From: the human T2T-CHM13v2.0 reference genome, Homo sapiens
Direction: 5' to 3' (one strand)
NCBI RefSeq assembly: GCF_009914755.1
Contig: NC_060934.1
Length of the DNA: 64,000 nucleotides
How positions within the stretch are numbered: the stretch's first letter is position 1; the number at the start of each line of letters is the position of its first letter. This document shows positions 60,342 through 64,000 of this stretch, piece by piece. The notes under the pieces were generated by a model. That model did no database searches. It was given only the letters and a program-made list of their open reading frames with translations, and was not told the origin of the DNA. Position numbers and translations under genes: made by a program.

Positions 60342-62680
60342 TGATATGGTTTGGCTTTGCGTCCCCACCCAAATCTCATCTTGAATTGGAATAATTCCCA
60401 TGTGTGAAAGGTGTGACCAGGTCGAGGTAATTGGATCATGGAAGCAGTTTCTCCCATGCTGTTTTCATGATAATGAGTGAGTCTCATGAGATCTGATGAT
60501 TTTATAAGCGTCTGGCATTTCCTTTGTTGGCACTCACTCTGCCTTGTCACCCTGTGAAGAAGGTGCCTGTGTCTCCTTTGTCTTCTACCATGATTGTACA
60601 TTTCCTGAAACCTCTCCAGCAATGCAGAACTCTGAGTCAAATAAATCTCTTTCCTTTATAAATTACCCAGTCTAGGGTATTTATTCATAGCAGTGTGAGA
60701 ATGGACTAATACAGTAAATTTATACCAAGGTAGTGGGGCACTGCTATAAAGATACCCAAAAATGTGCAAGCCACTTTGGAACTGGTTATGGGCAGAGGTT
60801 GGAAGAATTTAGAGGGCTCAGAAGAAGACAGAAAAATGTGGGAAAGTTTGGAATTTCCTAGAAACTTGAGGGCTCAGAAGACAGGAAGATGTGGGAAAGT
60901 TTGGAACTTCCTAGGGACTTGTTGAATGACTTTGACCAAAATGGTGATAGTGATGTGGACAATGAAGTCTAGGCTGAGGTGGTCTCAGATGGAGATGAAG
61001 AACTTGTCAGGAACTGGAGTAAAGGTCACTCTTGCTATACTTTTGCAAAGAGACTGGAGGCACTTTGCCCTACTCTAGAGATCTGTGGAACTTTGACCTC
61101 GAGAGAGATGATTTAGGGTATCTGGTGGAAGAAATTTCTAAGCAGCAGAGCATTCAAGAGGAAGCAGAGCATAAAAGTATGGAAAATTTGCTTCATGACT
61201 ATGTGATAGAAAAGAAAAAAAATCCATTTCCTGGAAAGAAATTCAAGTCCACTGCAGAAATTTGCATAAATAATAAGGAGCCAAATGTTAATCACCAAGA
61301 CAATGAAGAAAATGTCTCTAGAGCATGTCAGAGACCTTTATGACAGCCCCTTTCATCACAGGCCCAGAGGCCTAAGAGGGAAAAGTGGTTTTGTGGGCCG
61401 GGTCCAGGATCCCCCTACTCTATGTAGCCTTGGGACATGGTTCTGTAAGTCCCAGCTGCTTCAGCTCCAGTCGTGGCTTTAAGGGGTCAATGTGTAGCTC
61501 AGGTCATTGCTTCAGAGGGTTCAAGCACCAAGACTTGGCAGCTTTCACATGGTGTAGGTCCTGCAGGTGCACAGACATCAAGGATTGAGGTTGGGGAACC
61601 TCTGCCTAGATTTCAGAGGATTATGGAAATGCCTGGATGTCCAGGCAAAAGTTTGCTACAGAGGTGGATGCCCTATGGAGAAACTCTGCTAGGGCAGTGC
61701 AGAAAGGAAATGTTGGATTGAAACCCCCATACAGAGTCTCCACTGGAGCACTGCCTAGTAGAGCTGTGAGAAGAGGACCACCATCCTCCAGACCTCAGAA
61801 TGTAAGATCCACTGACAACTTGCACTGTGCGCCTGAAGAAGCAGCAGACTCTCAATGCCAGCCCATGAAAAGAACCTGGAGGGGGGCTGTATCCTGCAAA
61901 ACCATGGTGGTGGAGCTGCCCAAGGCCATGGGAGCCCACCTCCTATGGATGTGGGACATGGAGTCAAAGGAGATCATTTTGGAACTCTAAAGTTTAATGA
62001 GTGCCCTATGGATTTTGGACTTGCGTGGGACCTTTAGCCCCTTTGTTTTGGCTAATTTTTTCTCATTTGGAATGGATGAATTTACCCAAAGCTTGTACCC
62101 CCATTGTATCTAGGAAGTAACTAACTTCCTTTTGATTTTACAGACTCATAGGTGGAAGGGACTTGCCTTGTCTTAGATAAGAGGTTAGACCTGAACTTTG
62201 CATTAATCCCGGAATGAGTTAAGACTTCGGGGGATTGTTGGAAGGGCAAGGGCATAACTGTGTTTTGAAAAGTGAGGACAAGAGATATGGGTAGGGCCAG
62301 TGGTGAAATAATGTGGTTTAGCTCTGTGTCCCCACCCAAATCTCACCTTGAATTGTAATAATCCCCATGTGTTAAGGGCGGGACCAGGTGGAGGTAATCA
62401 GATCATGGCAGTGGTTTCCTCCATGTTGTTTTTGTGATAATGAGTGAGTCTCATGAGATTTGATGGTTTTATAAGCATCTGGCATTTCCCCTGCTTGCAC
62501 TCACTCCATCCTGCCACCCTGTGAAGAAGGTGCTTGCTTCTTCTTTGCCTTCCATCATGATTGTAAGTGTCCTGAGGTCTCCCTAGAAATGTGGAACTGT
62601 GAGTCAATTAAACCTCTTTCCTCTATAAATTACCTAGTCTTGGGTATTTCTTCATAGCAGTGTGAGAATAGAGCAATGAA
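60342..62680 (+). mobile_element. Complete THE1 (THE1C/D-like) MaLR element
   Basis: LTRs 60342-60713 and 62309-62680; perfect 5-bp TSD CTAGT (60337-60341, 62681-62685). Confidence 0.95.
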
Positions 62681-62689
62681 CTAGTTATA

Positions 62690-62850
62690 ACTTTTGGCAT
62701 GTAAATTAAGCTCTCTGAATTTCAACTTTCTCACTGATAAGATGGGGAAAATAATACTTCACTTACAAAGTCAGTGTGAAAGAGATGACGTATTTAAAGT
62801 GTTTTACACATTACCAGACAATAAGTAAACATTCAACATGTATATTACGA
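62690..62850 (+). mobile_element. MIR SINE
   Basis: ctctctgaatttcaactttctcact..taagatgggga.aataatac. Confidence 0.65.
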
Positions 62851-63709
62851 TTATATATCTTAATTTATTTTGCTGGGACTTTTTCCTCCATTTACTCCCA
62901 TCTCATCCTCACAACGCTGATGACAAATGAAAACTGTTTTACTACAGTTCCTCTAACCTCACACACACACATACACTACTGTCCTTGTAGGAATTTTTAT
63001 TAATTAAGATCACTTTTTCTCTTCCATCATTAATATCTGGGTAACTGCCACCAATTAATTGTTGTTGGCTAAAAAGTTGAAATCCAATTTCTATTTATAA
63101 CTTAGAATGCAATAATATTTTATCTTCTGACCTTCCTAGTTGTGACAGGGAGCTCATTGTCATGTTAAATCTATTATATCTTTCTTCCATTTGAAAGAGA
63201 ATGTTATGTGAGCATGTAGCTGCCTAGCCAAGAATTTTATTTCCAAGTCTCTTGAAAGTGGCCAACTTCAATTATGAAGATGAGAACAATTCCCTTGGTC
63301 TTAGGAAATGGTGGAGAAAGAAGAACCTCAGTCCCAGATAGAATGGCTGTCCCAAAACTGTCCCACTAATCTCCAAACTATTACAAAAAAGGTTAAAGAA
63401 ACTGCTATTGTGTTTTAGAAAATCATTATCATAACATTTGCACCATACCTATGCAGAATTGTTACCAGAAATGGTCTATCCTCCCCAATGTAGCATGAAT
63501 GTATCATGAAAATAGAAAATATTGTTGCTACCACTCTTTGGTATATAGGTGCATGTAGAATGATGCCAACAGGCTAGTGGACTAGCATGACCTTCTGCAG
63601 GATAATGATACAATCAAGTTTCCTGTGGACTAGACTTTGATAGAGAATTAGAGAGGGGATGTATCCCTGGGCTAACAAAACAAAAGTCTACTGTTGACCA
63701 ATGATGCGG

Positions 63710-64000
63710 AGATTTTCTGCTATGTTTTCTTCACGTAGCTTTACAGTATCAGGTCTGAAATTTACATCTTTAATCCATTTTGAGTTGATTTTTGTTTAGG
63801 GTATGAGATAAGATGCCAATTTCATTTTTCTGCATGTGAATATACAGTTTTCCCAACACCATTTATTAAGGAGATTGTCCTTTCCCCATTGTATGTTCTT
63901 TTGGCAACTTTGTCAAAAATCAATTGATCATAAATACTTGTGTTTATATATGGATTTTCCATCGTATTCCTGTGGTCGATTTTATGCCAGTGCCATGCTG
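63710..64000 (-). mobile_element. L1 ORF2 3' region, runs off the window
   Basis: tctttaatccattttgagttgatttttgt, cagttttcccaacaccatttatt, tttgtcaaaaatcaattga. Confidence 0.88.

Noticed and set aside
60812-60920. ~55-bp tandem duplication in the THE1 internal region
   Set aside because: The copies are diverged, and I recall this duplication as a shared variant of THE1-int copies rather than locus-specific; not verified.

Overview
AT-rich mammalian DNA, almost certainly primate (human-like) given the AluY/S/J, L1PA and THE1 elements. It reads as intergenic or deep-intronic sequence built largely from layered transposable elements: old L1M and young L1PA LINEs, about 10 Alus, two complete THE1 (MaLR) elements, solo LTRs (THE1, MLT1, MER54-like, MER66-like), Tigger/Charlie DNA-transposon relics, MIR/L2 and microsatellites. 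I find no host protein-coding gene, RNA gene or CRISPR-type array. The ORFs in the track are repeat-derived or random; the only recognisable protein is a ~190-codon LINE-1 ORF2 reverse-transcriptase fragment. I do not see a new biological system. The notable signals are structural scars: (1) an AluY plus 5'-inverted L1PA composite enclosed by one perfect 17-bp TSD; (2) three templated rearrangements clustered in ~350 bp of one THE1 element; (3) a 38-bp local templated copy 1230 bp from its donor; (4) a ~2.9-kb block of apparently older DNA inside an old L1, between degenerate direct repeats; (5) an arm-recombined AluY monomer. Subfamily names come from remembered consensus sequences and need RepeatMasker/Dfam confirmation.
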